Notes: a model not told the origin generated them from the letters alone. Positions 17,675 to 26,799 are shown, counted from the stretch's first letter. The stretch is DNA of 64,000 nucleotides from Planctomycetota bacterium (GCA_965222115.1 CBDCTJ010000007.1:1248001-1312000), one strand, 5' to 3'. Translations and numbers: made by a program.

Positions 17675-19429
17675 TTATTCGGTCGTTTCCTTGTCAGGTG
17701 CACTCTGGGGTTTGGCGCGATCGTCTGCGAGCGTGACGCGCAGAACTTCTTCAATGGATGTTTTGCCTGCTTTGGCGTTGTTGAGGGCCGATCGCCGCAG
17801 CGAGATCATGCCCTCGTCAACCGCCGCGTTTCGAATCTCGATGGCCGAGTGGCCGTTGATGACCATGCGTTTGATCGCGTCGGTCAGGGGCAACGTTTCG
17901 AGAATCGCGAATCGACCCGCGTAGCCGCGACTGCACCTGCTGCAGCCCACGGGCTTGAAGAGCGTTACGCCCTCGTCGATTTCTTCCTGCGTGAATCCCA
18001 CCTGAAGTAGGCGTTCGGGCTTTACGTCGTACTCCTCGCGGCAGTAACTACATAGCTTGCGTAGCAGTCGCTGGGCCGATACGAGCAGCGTGGCGGATGC
18101 AACCATGAACGGGTCCACGCCCATATCAATCATGCGTGTAATCGTGCCCGCAGCGTCGTTGGTGTGCAGCGTGCTAAGTACCAAGTGACCCGTGAGCGCG
18201 GCTTTGATGGCGATGTTGATGGTTTCGGTGTCACGAATCTCACCAATCATGACCGTATCCGGGTCCTGACGCAGAATAGAGCGCAACGCAGCCGAGAACG
18301 TCAGCCCGGATTTCACTTTGACCTGCACCTGGTTGATGCCATCGAGCGTGTACTCGACCGGGTCTTCCACCGTGACGAAGTTCTTCTCCGGTGTCATGAT
18401 TTCTTTGACCGCGCTGTAGAGCGTTGTCGTCTTACCCGAACCGGTGGGCCCGGTAACCAAAATCATGCCGTAGGGACTCGCAATGGCCTCACGGAAGTCA
18501 TTTAGCGCCTTTTCTTCAAAGCCCAGCGTTTCAAGCGACAACGCCAAGTTGCTTGCATCTAGGATACGCATCACCACCTTCTCGCCGAAAACAGTTGGCA
18601 GGGTGGAGACACGGAAGTCCACTTGGCGACCTTCCGCTTTGACTTGGAACTTGCCATCCTGGGGCTTGCGGCGTTCCGCAATGTCGAGGTCCGACATGAT
18701 CTTGATGCGGCTCACGATCGCCTTTTGCATGCGCTTGGGTGGTTCGAGCTCTTCAACCAAGGCACCGTCCGTGCGGTAGCGCACGCGAATACGCTTTTCC
18801 ATCGGTTCAATGTGGATGTCAGAGGCCTTTTGCTTAATGGCGGCGTAGATGATGTGATTCACGAGCTTGATGACGGGCGCGGCTTGGCCATCTTCGGCCG
18901 AGCGCGCAATGTCGAACATCTCTTCGTCGTCGCCCGCCTCTTCCAGTTCGAGTTCCGGATCCATCTGATCGAGCAGATCAGAAAGCCCGTCATCCTGCTC
19001 ACCATAGAGCTCATTGAATTTTTCGCTGATCTGTGCGTCGAGGGCGAGTGCAAGTCGCAATGAACATCCGGTCGCGAGTCGCAGATCGTCGTGTCGGACG
19101 ACGTCAAAGGGATTGGACACGGCAACGGTGAGTACGTCGCCAACCTTGTACATGGGAATGCACCCGGTTTCGCGCGCCAGTGCACCGGGGACGATCTTGG
19201 TGGCGTCTTCGGGAATGGAGATCTGCTCAAGGTTGATGGGCGGGACATTGAGTCGGTCCGAGAGAATGCCGAGCAACTCCGCCCCATCGAGCACGTTCTC
19301 TTCGATGAGGTAGCTCGTGACCGAGGTGCCCCCCGTCGCGGCCGCGTTGGACGCAGATTTCAATACGCCCTGATCAATGCGTCCGGATTGCTCCAGAATG
19401 CTGACGATCTTTCGATTGAAGCTAACCAT
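17675..19429 (-). CDS. pilB: Type IV pilus assembly ATPase (GspE/PulE family)
   Basis: ASDIHIEP, GPTGSGKTTT, TVEDPVE, LRQDPD, HLVLSTLHTN and the CSYC/CSRC zinc site. Confidence 0.95.
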   Translation of the reverse strand: MVSFNRKIVSILEQSGRIDQGVLKSASNAAATGGTSVTSYLIEENVLDGAELLGILSDRLNVPPINLEQISIPEDATKIVPGALARETGCIPMYKVGDVLTVAVSNPFDVVRHDDLRLATGCSLRLALALDAQISEKFNELYGEQDDGLSDLLDQMDPELELEEAGDDEEMFDIARSAEDGQAAPVIKLVNHIIYAAIKQKASDIHIEPMEKRIRVRYRTDGALVEELEPPKRMQKAIVSRIKIMSDLDIAERRKPQDGKFQVKAEGRQVDFRVSTLPTVFGEKVVMRILDASNLALSLETLGFEEKALNDFREAIASPYGMILVTGPTGSGKTTTLYSAVKEIMTPEKNFVTVEDPVEYTLDGINQVQVKVKSGLTFSAALRSILRQDPDTVMIGEIRDTETINIAIKAALTGHLVLSTLHTNDAAGTITRMIDMGVDPFMVASATLLVSAQRLLRKLCSYCREEYDVKPERLLQVGFTQEEIDEGVTLFKPVGCSRCSRGYAGRFAILETLPLTDAIKRMVINGHSAIEIRNAAVDEGMISLRRSALNNAKAGKTSIEEVLRVTLADDRAKPQSAPDKETTE

Positions 19430-19475
19430 CGGGGATTGTCCTTTTCGCTCGTCGGTCGCGTTATCCGCGCCTTAC

Positions 19476-20567
19476 TTAGTAGCGAGACACCGCCGTGCCC
19501 GTCGATTCCAGCGTGCGCCGTAGATCTTCGTGATCGGCCGAGAAGTTGAAGGCTTCTTCGGTCGTGATGTAGCGCTTCTTCACCAGCTCCGATAGCGATT
19601 GATTCATCGTCTTCATGCCAAGCTTGCCGGCCGTTTGGATGATGCTGTAGATCTGGTGAGCCTTGTCGTCACGAATCAACGCACGCACGGCGTTGTTGGC
19701 GATCATGATTTCCATGGCCAGCGCACGTCCGCTGCCACTTGTAAGAGGAATCAGCTGCTGGCAGAACACCGCCTGCAACGTAAAGCTGAGCTGGGTCCGA
19801 ATCTGCTGCTGCTGGTGGGACGGAAACACGTCCACGATACGGTTGATGGACTGCACGCAGTCACTGGTGTGCAACGTGCCAAACGTCAAGTGACCGGTTT
19901 CCGCAATCGTTAGCGCGGCTTCGATCGTCTCCATGTCGCGCATCTCACCCACGAGCACAATGTCGGGGTCTTCGCGCAGGGCGCTCTTGAGCGCACGGCT
20001 AAAGCTCTTGGTATCTGCGCCCACTTCGCGCTGATTCACCAAACAGCCCTTGTTGCGATGCAGAAACTCGATGGGGTCTTCCACGGTGAGCACGTGGTCT
20101 GATCGCGTATCGTTGATGTAGTCGAGCATGGCGGCCAGTGTGGTGCTCTTACCACTACCCGTCGCCCCGGTCACGAGTACGAGACCACGCGGAAGCTTCG
20201 CCACGTCGGTACACACCCGGCGTGGCAGGCCAAGCTCATCAAAGCCCTTGACCACGGCCGGGATCATTCGAAGGACCGACGCCACTGAGCCGCGTTGGTA
20301 AAAGACGTTGACGCGAAATCGGCCCATGGCCTCGACGCCGAACGACATATCCAGCTCGAATTCCTTCTCGAAGCGCGCGATTTGATCGCCGGTGAGGTAG
20401 GAGTAGATCAACTGCTTGCAGGTATCGGGCTGCAGCATGTCGTGGTCAGTGTTGTAGAGTTCACCGTCGATGCGGATTTTCGGTGGGGACCCCGAGGAGA
20501 GGTGGAGGTCGGATCCACCCCGATCGACCAGGATCTGGAGAAGTTCTTCGATTGTTGCGCTTGCCAT
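19476..20567 (-). CDS. pilT: Type IV pilus retraction ATPase
   Basis: GSDLHL, GATGSGKSTT, EDPIE, ALREDPD, TLHT and the AIRNLIRE-like AVRALIRD. ATG 20567 follows a GGGG RBS. Confidence 0.95.
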   Translation of the reverse strand: MASATIEELLQILVDRGGSDLHLSSGSPPKIRIDGELYNTDHDMLQPDTCKQLIYSYLTGDQIARFEKEFELDMSFGVEAMGRFRVNVFYQRGSVASVLRMIPAVVKGFDELGLPRRVCTDVAKLPRGLVLVTGATGSGKSTTLAAMLDYINDTRSDHVLTVEDPIEFLHRNKGCLVNQREVGADTKSFSRALKSALREDPDIVLVGEMRDMETIEAALTIAETGHLTFGTLHTSDCVQSINRIVDVFPSHQQQQIRTQLSFTLQAVFCQQLIPLTSGSGRALAMEIMIANNAVRALIRDDKAHQIYSIIQTAGKLGMKTMNQSLSELVKKRYITTEEAFNFSADHEDLRRTLESTGTAVSRY

Positions 20568-20737
20568 GTGGTCCACCCCCTGTCGCGAGACGGATGCCCC
20601 GCAGTTCAGGTGCGCACCTATCGACACGCGACGACCAAATTCTTGAACACTCGCCGAGGGAATGCGCCATCGCCGACCGATTGCGGTGCGTCTCAGGCTT
20701 CATCGTCAAGTGGTCGATAGCGAGATCAGCATTCTCT

Positions 20738-20824
20738 GGGTCCTCGCTTAACCGGGCTCCCGGTCGCCTGCTTCGGCCGGCGGCGGGGTGTGCCGCGCAG
20801 CGGTTGGGCGGGGCCCTTTTTCTT
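20738..20824 (+). ncRNA. Candidate structured RNA or attenuator: long hairpin with cUUCGg loop and U-tail
   Basis: 20738-20754 pairs with 20801-20816 (16 bp, one bulge). Inner GUCGCC/GGCGGC stem, C-UUCG-G cap, then UUUUUCUU. Confidence 0.45.
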
Positions 20825-20911
20825 CCCCGTTGCGGGTGAAGCGGCTACCAACCGACGAAAGCGCTTCGACCGACCGGCGCGTGGGCTCGCCGTCGTGGTA
20901 TCTCAATCGCC

Positions 20912-21793
20912 ATGGCGCCTGCATCCCTCGACTCCTTTCGCGATCGCGTCGATGCGGCACTCATCGACCTCGACGGAACCCTGCTCGACGGGACGTCCCA
21001 AGTCTCGCCCCGCACCCGCGACGCGCTGTTGCGACTCATGGCAACGGGTGTTCGCGTCGTGCTTTGTACGGGTCGCAGCGCAGTCGGCACGCTGGAGGCC
21101 TACGACACGCTGGGTCTCACCGGCGAGGTCGTTTCGCTCAATGGGTCATGGATTGGGCAGCCACGCGAAGCGCCGAAGCAACAGATCAACCTCTCGGCCG
21201 CGTGTTTGGACGACGTGTTTGGCTACGAGTCGGTTTCGCGATTCTCGTTTCGCTACCACGACTCGGGCAAGTACACCGTGCGTACCGACCATCCCGACCA
21301 CAAGAAGATTATGGCGTGGTATCGCGATCCCTTCGTGGTGAATCACTCGGGCGAATTGCCAACCACCGAGTTGCCACGCATCACGTTGTTCTTTGAAGGC
21401 ACCGACGAAGAGCGTCAAGCGGGATGGGACGCACTTGCTTCAGAGGCTCGCGCCCACATTCGCCGTGAAGAGTTTTCCCTCGACATCTTTCCTGAGTATC
21501 GGGATTCCTCGCTTTGGTTGGTGGAACTTCAGGCCGCATGCCGCGGCAAGGCGGAAGGCGTCGATTGGCTACAGTCGCGCTACGGTATTGCGCCGGAGCG
21601 CGTGGTGGCGATTGGTGATCACCGAAACGATATTCCTATGTTGGATGCGGCGGGTTTCGCGCTCGTCATGGAGAACGGTGTGGACGAGGCTCGCGCGGCT
21701 GCCGACTTGGTGATCGGCCACCACGCTCGCGATGGCTTGGCCGACTGGATCGACGCCGGTGCACCCTTGACGCCCAGCGAGGTCAACACATGA
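20912..21793 (+). CDS. Cof-type HAD-IIB hydrolase
   Basis: DLDGTLL, CTGR, GKAEG and GDHRNDIPML motifs. Confidence 0.92.
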   Translation: MAPASLDSFRDRVDAALIDLDGTLLDGTSQVSPRTRDALLRLMATGVRVVLCTGRSAVGTLEAYDTLGLTGEVVSLNGSWIGQPREAPKQQINLSAACLDDVFGYESVSRFSFRYHDSGKYTVRTDHPDHKKIMAWYRDPFVVNHSGELPTTELPRITLFFEGTDEERQAGWDALASEARAHIRREEFSLDIFPEYRDSSLWLVELQAACRGKAEGVDWLQSRYGIAPERVVAIGDHRNDIPMLDAAGFALVMENGVDEARAAADLVIGHHARDGLADWIDAGAPLTPSEVNT

Positions 21794-22653
21794 CGAGCAA
21801 AACCGTTGCCCTATCGACATCGGCCACACCACGTGCAACCACCGACACGGGCTTGCTCGACGTGGCGACCAAAGTTGGCGCCCGTGACTTTGCGCTACAC
21901 AAGATGCCCAAATCCGATGCCCATGCCATGCGGACGGTCGTGCGATCTCGCGGCCTCACGGTGCACGGCATCGACATTGCTTTCTCTGTGACGCACGGTG
22001 CCGCACAGCGTCGGCGCATTTTGTTGGATGCGCAGCGTGTGGGCGGTGAGTTGCGTGTGTCCCACCTCGTCTTGGATCTTGGCGACATTGGTACTGATGT
22101 GGATCGCGACGCGCGTCGCTACCTTACACTCGCGCGCGCCGCATCGGACAAGACGCTCGGCGACGGCGACGTGGAAGACAGTGACGTGGAAGGCAGTGTG
22201 TGGCAGCGCTACTTGGACGCGCGTGATGAGCGACGCGAGGATGCGGTTGAAGCGTGGGCGCGACAATTGCACCCATTCCATGGCGCCGGCACACCCATTG
22301 CATTTCGGCCTGCTACTGATGGCGTTGGCTTGTTGGGTATTGAAGAGATGGGTTGGTTGCTCGACGAGTTGCCCCAAGCCACGCTATGGCTCGACCTCGC
22401 AGCCTTAAATCGCATGAATGACACAGCGGCACCGTGGCTCGATGCCTACGCAGATCGCACCACGGCAGTGTTGGTATCGGGGTCCGATGCGCAGGGCGCG
22501 GGGGCACATCCCCAGCGTGCCGACATTGACTGGGCGGGCATTGGTTCGAGCATGCCTGGGCGCGCCATCTGGGTCTTGGCCATGCGGCGGGGGCATTCCG
22601 ATGGCGACGTTTCCGATGGTCTCGCCTATCTTCAAAGCCGCGTAGCAACGTAG
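21790..22653 (+). CDS. Divergent xylose-isomerase/AP-endonuclease-2-like TIM barrel protein
   Basis: Weak pattern (ALSTS...RGLTVHGI...HLVLDLG...LWLDL...IDW...WVL). ATGA-coupled to the HAD gene. Confidence 0.5.
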   Translation: MTSKTVALSTSATPRATTDTGLLDVATKVGARDFALHKMPKSDAHAMRTVVRSRGLTVHGIDIAFSVTHGAAQRRRILLDAQRVGGELRVSHLVLDLGDIGTDVDRDARRYLTLARAASDKTLGDGDVEDSDVEGSVWQRYLDARDERREDAVEAWARQLHPFHGAGTPIAFRPATDGVGLLGIEEMGWLLDELPQATLWLDLAALNRMNDTAAPWLDAYADRTTAVLVSGSDAQGAGAHPQRADIDWAGIGSSMPGRAIWVLAMRRGHSDGDVSDGLAYLQSRVAT

Positions 22654-22683
22654 CGCGACGCGCCTCAAGTACAGGACATCAAC

Positions 22684-22911
22684 ATGAGTCACGACGCATC
22701 GGCAAGCGCGCCAGCAACTGATGACGCAACCGTCACCCACACGTTTCCTCCGATCCCGGAGGAACGCTGGATCACGCCTGCGTCAGAGGACTTTCAGAAT
22801 CCGCCCAAGGCCCGCGCGTATCTGTGGCCCGTGGTGTGGATCGGTGTTGCTTTGCTGGTGGGGTGGTTGCTTGCGGACCTTCCGTGGACGACGCATCACA
22901 TGAATCACTAG
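22684..22911 (+). CDS. Small single-TM protein
   Basis: AGGA RBS and hydrophobic segment WPVVWIGVALLVGWLL. Confidence 0.6.
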   Translation: MSHDASASAPATDDATVTHTFPPIPEERWITPASEDFQNPPKARAYLWPVVWIGVALLVGWLLADLPWTTHHMNH

Positions 22912-23108
22912 CGCTGTAGAGCGTCGCGCCTCCAAACCGTGGCGCCCACGCCTGAAACAGATCGCACGAGACGCGGCTAGCCCTCGTCATGTTCCGGGGA
23001 GGGTGCGGATTCTGCCCATCCGCTGTGTGACGCCCGATTTCTGAAATTTTCCCGGGCCCGGGTGCTCCGTGACTGACTGCGGATTCGCGCAGGCACTTAG
23101 GAGTTCCC

Positions 23109-23933
23109 ATGTCCACCGCCGCACCAGCACCCAGCCAGTCGAAGCGTCAAAAGGCACCTGTTCGTTCCCGCCGCGCCATCAAAGAGGCACGGTCCAGCGG
23201 ACGGGCGCGCGGTTGGCTCGCGGCCATCGCCGTTGCGGGCGGCGCGCTCCTTGCCTACATGGCCGCCAAAGCGGGTCCCTCATTTAGTTACAGTTTGGAA
23301 CGAGCATACGGATTCAAACGTGCCGATGTTAGGTCGCTTGACATCAGTGTGTCGAGCATCGTGACGTACGGTGTCATCGCTATCGTGCTCGGTCTGCTTG
23401 CATGCTTCTTGTTGCGCGGCGTCAAGACCCACGCTCGTTACGTAGGCATGCTCGCGGCGGTGATCGCGATGGGGATCGGCGGCTACCGGATCGTCAAAGC
23501 GATGCAGATTTCATCCGACCCCTTGTCAATCGTACAAGAACGCGTCGACAAGCCGGTTCGTCTTGCCAACTCGGCGAATGCGCGCAAGGCACGTAAGCTC
23601 ATTGAGAAAGTCAGAGGCAAAGCGGTAGAAGACATAGTGCGAACCATGACCCGCGCGATCGAACTCGATCCACAAGCGCTACTTGCCTACCACCACCGAG
23701 CCGGTGCCTATGGCGCGATGGGGAATTACGATCTCGCACTTGCGGACCTCGACACGTTGCTCGCTGCGGAGCCCAACTTTGCTCCCGCCCTGTTTCGCCG
23801 AGGCTTGGTCTACGAGGACAAGAAGGACTTCGAACAAGCACACAGAGACTTTGCGCGGGCTGTCGAGCTAGATGGTGATGACAACGTCTATCAGCGTGCA
23901 CTTCGTCGCGCGCAGGCAAAAGTCACTCGATAG
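23109..23933 (+). CDS. Membrane protein with C-terminal TPR repeats
   Basis: AGGAG RBS, three TM segments, TPRs (AYHHRAGAYGAMGNYDLA, ALFRRGLVYEDKKDFEQA). Confidence 0.85.
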   Translation: MSTAAPAPSQSKRQKAPVRSRRAIKEARSSGRARGWLAAIAVAGGALLAYMAAKAGPSFSYSLERAYGFKRADVRSLDISVSSIVTYGVIAIVLGLLACFLLRGVKTHARYVGMLAAVIAMGIGGYRIVKAMQISSDPLSIVQERVDKPVRLANSANARKARKLIEKVRGKAVEDIVRTMTRAIELDPQALLAYHHRAGAYGAMGNYDLALADLDTLLAAEPNFAPALFRRGLVYEDKKDFEQAHRDFARAVELDGDDNVYQRALRRAQAKVTR

Positions 23934-24224
23934 GTAGCATTCGTGTTGGGGCGAGTGCGTGTTGGACGTGGTGTGGTGCGCTCTTGGAAGAAGAAGGCTC
24001 TCACTAAGCACACCAAGATCACCAAGCGCAACCGAACGCGGTGGTACGTGCGGCCATCGTATCTGTGCTGGTGGCGGGACGCTGTTTGATGGCAAGACAG
24101 GGGCGCAAGCGACGGTGAACGAATTTCGTGAATACGCGGAATGGGTTTCAATCGGTTCGACTCTTGGCGTATCTCACAACGTGAGTCAATGTCCTCGCCT
24201 TAAGCGTTCCACTTCATTGTCAAC

Positions 24225-24327
24225 GGCCCCGCGGGGGCCTCGGATCACAGCCCAGGGTGGCGCGCCAGCGTAGCGGCGCAGAACCCTGGGATAGATGATC
24301 CCCAATGTGCCCGCCCTGACAGGGCGG
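24225..24327. repeat. REP-like cluster of three palindromes
   Basis: GGCCCC-GCG-GGGGCC, CCCAGGGT...ACCCTGGG and CCGCCCTG-A-CAGGGCGG. Confidence 0.6.
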
Positions 24328-24450
24328 CGGAGACGTGCACGCATTCCCGGTACCCCTGTAGAACCAAACTCGTATGGTGCGAGCGTTGTTGACTGTTCGT
24401 TCCACGCATCTTGGCACGGGACATAGGTCACGAAGTTGGTGGGAAAAAAC

Positions 24451-25873
24451 GGCTCTACTGCTCTTTGTGTGGGTCGTACATTTGCGATTTCTTGTCCTGC
24501 CGCCCCTAAGAGGGCGCGGACGGCAGGAAAAGAAATGATGTTTGTTAGAACAGGCTGTCACAACCTAGAGGTGCCCACGGGACTCATGTTTCTTTGTTGG
24601 TTACGAAATCGACAAATCAACAGAGGAGCCCCATGCGCGCCACCACGTTATTGCATCGGATGATCGATGTCCCGGGGATGTACGTCCGATCGGTAGATTT
24701 TTCGCTGCGTGGCGTGATCGCCACGGTGTCTCCGCGCCATCGCCTGCCTCGTTGCAGTGGGTGTGGGGAAAGGGCCCCGGGCTACGATCGGCTGAGATCT
24801 AGGTTTTGGCGCCACCTGGGGATCGGTTCTACGCGAGTGTGGTTCAGATACTCACCGCGTCGCGTGAACTGCTCCCGTTGCGGCGTGCGAGCCGAGCAAG
24901 TGCCGTGGGCTGAGGCTCAGAGCCGATTCACAAAGGATTTCGAGGAAATGGTGGCGTACTTAGTTCGAACGACGGACAAGACGCAGGTCTCAGTCCAAAT
25001 GGGCGTGACGTGGCGAACGGTTGGTTCCATCGTCACGCGTGTCGTCGCGAAACGCCAGGATCCCGACCGACTCTCGAATCTGCGCTGGATTGGCATGGAT
25101 GAGTTCAGCCATCTTCGCGGACACAACTTCATTACGTTGGTTGTCGATCACGATCGTCGCCGCGTGGTGTGGGCAGCCGAAGGGAAGGATTCAGCGACGC
25201 TACGCAAGTTTTTCGAAGAGATATCGCCGGAGGACGCTGCCAAGATCGAAGGTGTAACGACGGATCTGGCGGGATGGAACCGCAAAGCCATTGCGACACA
25301 CATCCCTCAAGCCCAAGTTGTATTCGATCGCTTTCACATCCAGAAGCTAGCAGGCGTGGCACTCGATGAAGTACGCCGCGAACAGCTACGAGAACTTCGA
25401 GGCACTGATCAAGGTCGGTTCATTTTCTACTCGCGTTACGCAATCCTAAAGAACTACTGTGACCTCGATTCGAAGCAGCGGACCAAGCTCAGCGAGATCG
25501 AGCGGACGAACAAGAAGCTGTATCGCGCTTATCTCCTAAAGGAGTCGCTTGGTGCGGCACTGGATTACCTTCAACCGAAGCGAGCTCGGCGCGCCCTTCG
25601 TGAGTGGCTGGCTTGGGCGTCGCGATCCAAACTCAAACAGTTCGTGCGATTGGCCAAAACGCTTCGGGAGCACTTCGATGGCATCATCGCCTACATCAGT
25701 TGCCGCATGACCAACGGCATCGTGGAAGGCATCAACAATCGGCTCCGCATGGTGGCTCGACGAGCATACGGATTTCACAGCGCCAAGGCGCTGATCTCTA
25801 TGTTGTTCCTGTGCAACGGCGGCATCGAACTCCATCCGAAGTTGCCATGACCCACATGAAGAGCAGGAGACTC
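24451..25873 (+). mobile_element. ISL3-family insertion sequence (1423 bp) with 27-bp imperfect IRs and an 8-bp TSD
   Basis: IRL GGCTCTACTGCTCTTTGTGTGGGTCGT (24451-24477) matches IRR 25847-25873 at 21/27. TSD GAAAAAAC at 24443-24450 and 25874-25881. Confidence 0.92.
24633..25850 (+). CDS. ISL3-family DDE transposase
   Basis: CSGC/CSRC zinc finger, IGMDE, VFDRFH, TNGIVEGINNR and RRAYGF. GAGGAG RBS before ATG 24633. Confidence 0.95.
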   Translation: MRATTLLHRMIDVPGMYVRSVDFSLRGVIATVSPRHRLPRCSGCGERAPGYDRLRSRFWRHLGIGSTRVWFRYSPRRVNCSRCGVRAEQVPWAEAQSRFTKDFEEMVAYLVRTTDKTQVSVQMGVTWRTVGSIVTRVVAKRQDPDRLSNLRWIGMDEFSHLRGHNFITLVVDHDRRRVVWAAEGKDSATLRKFFEEISPEDAAKIEGVTTDLAGWNRKAIATHIPQAQVVFDRFHIQKLAGVALDEVRREQLRELRGTDQGRFIFYSRYAILKNYCDLDSKQRTKLSEIERTNKKLYRAYLLKESLGAALDYLQPKRARRALREWLAWASRSKLKQFVRLAKTLREHFDGIIAYISCRMTNGIVEGINNRLRMVARRAYGFHSAKALISMLFLCNGGIELHPKLP

Positions 25874-25895
25874 GAAAAAACGCGGCACGGTATCC

Positions 25896-25936
25896 TAGGT
25901 CACGAAGTTGGTGGGAAAAAACGCGGCACGGTATCC
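25896..25936. repeat. Intact 41-bp copy of the IS target region
   Basis: TAGGTCACGAAGTTGGTGGGAAAAAACGCGGCACGGTATCC. The first copy is split by the IS (24424-24450 plus 25882-25895). Confidence 0.9.
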
Positions 25937-26225
25937 AGGGCAATCCGTGTCCATTCGGGCACGTGCTCCTGGTAATCTGGGAAGCTGGGAATTGACTGCT
26001 CAATATGCGATTGGGGTTGACGGAAATTTCGAATCGCAAGCTACGTCCATCGCTTCTGCGGAGCTTATGGAAGAGGACGAGGCGATTGTCATATCATTTG
26101 TAGTTCCTTACGTTGTTCACACGAGTATCTTGCAGCTCGCATTCGAGTTCGAATCGATAGGGGGGGCGCAGGCCACTGTGGCTCATGTTGGAGGCGTGGC
26201 GGTGTTTGTTGAGCATGGTGAGTAG
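25937..26225 (+). pseudogene. Probable 5'-truncated gene fragment
   Basis: Protein-like open frame (...WELTAQYAIGVDGNFE...VFVEHGE*) with no credible start. Its stop overlaps the next gene's start. Confidence 0.35.
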
Positions 26226-26799
26226 ACGACCCAAGTCCTGGTCGAGGGCGACATTCGCATTTAGTGTAATCGTGAGTGTCGGTGTGATTGGCCTGATCAT
26301 GGTGCACTGGAGTGGTGCTGGGCGACCTTTAGATGGCGATGAGGAGGTCGCCGTGGATCCTGCGAAGACCGCGACCGAGTTACTCGGGACTGGTGATTCT
26401 GAAGTTGCTAGGGATCCGATCCTTGTACTGGAGGCGGTGTTTAGCTCTCCGAGAGAAGGTGTTCCCATTGAGCTCGGTGCCAACTCTTCAGAATCCGACT
26501 CCAAGATTCATGCAATCGGAGAGCATGTGGAGATTACGTCGCCGGAAGAGTTCGACAGCAAGGTGCCAAAAGCGGCCTTCCCCGAAGTGTTTAGACAGCT
26601 CGTGAAAAGCGTGATGCTTGCGCATGATTCAATCAAAGATGGCGATGTGCAGTCCGCAAAGTCGAACTATGATGACGTGGCTTTTATTCTCAGGACGTTT
26701 CCAGCGATAGAGAATTTCAAGTCAAATGGCATCGACGTAGAGGCTGCATGGCGAAATTACGAAAGGCTGGGAGGCGTGCGGCATCTCGATGCGAAGTAG
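26215..26799 (+). CDS. Hypothetical protein with an N-terminal membrane anchor
   Basis: TM segment FAFSVIVSVGVIGLIMV and an acidic soluble part. Atypical codon usage. ORF track starts at 26185. Confidence 0.55.
   Translation: MVSRRPKSWSRATFAFSVIVSVGVIGLIMVHWSGAGRPLDGDEEVAVDPAKTATELLGTGDSEVARDPILVLEAVFSSPREGVPIELGANSSESDSKIHAIGEHVEITSPEEFDSKVPKAAFPEVFRQLVKSVMLAHDSIKDGDVQSAKSNYDDVAFILRTFPAIENFKSNGIDVEAAWRNYERLGGVRHLDAK

Noticed and set aside
20738-20824. Calling the hairpin the canonical SRP RNA (ffs)
   Set aside because: It lacks the universally conserved CAGG-GNRA-AGCAG helix, so it is kept only as a candidate structured RNA.
23959-24273. 104-aa ORF between the TPR gene and the IS
   Set aside because: No RBS or motif, and it runs into the palindromic repeat unit.
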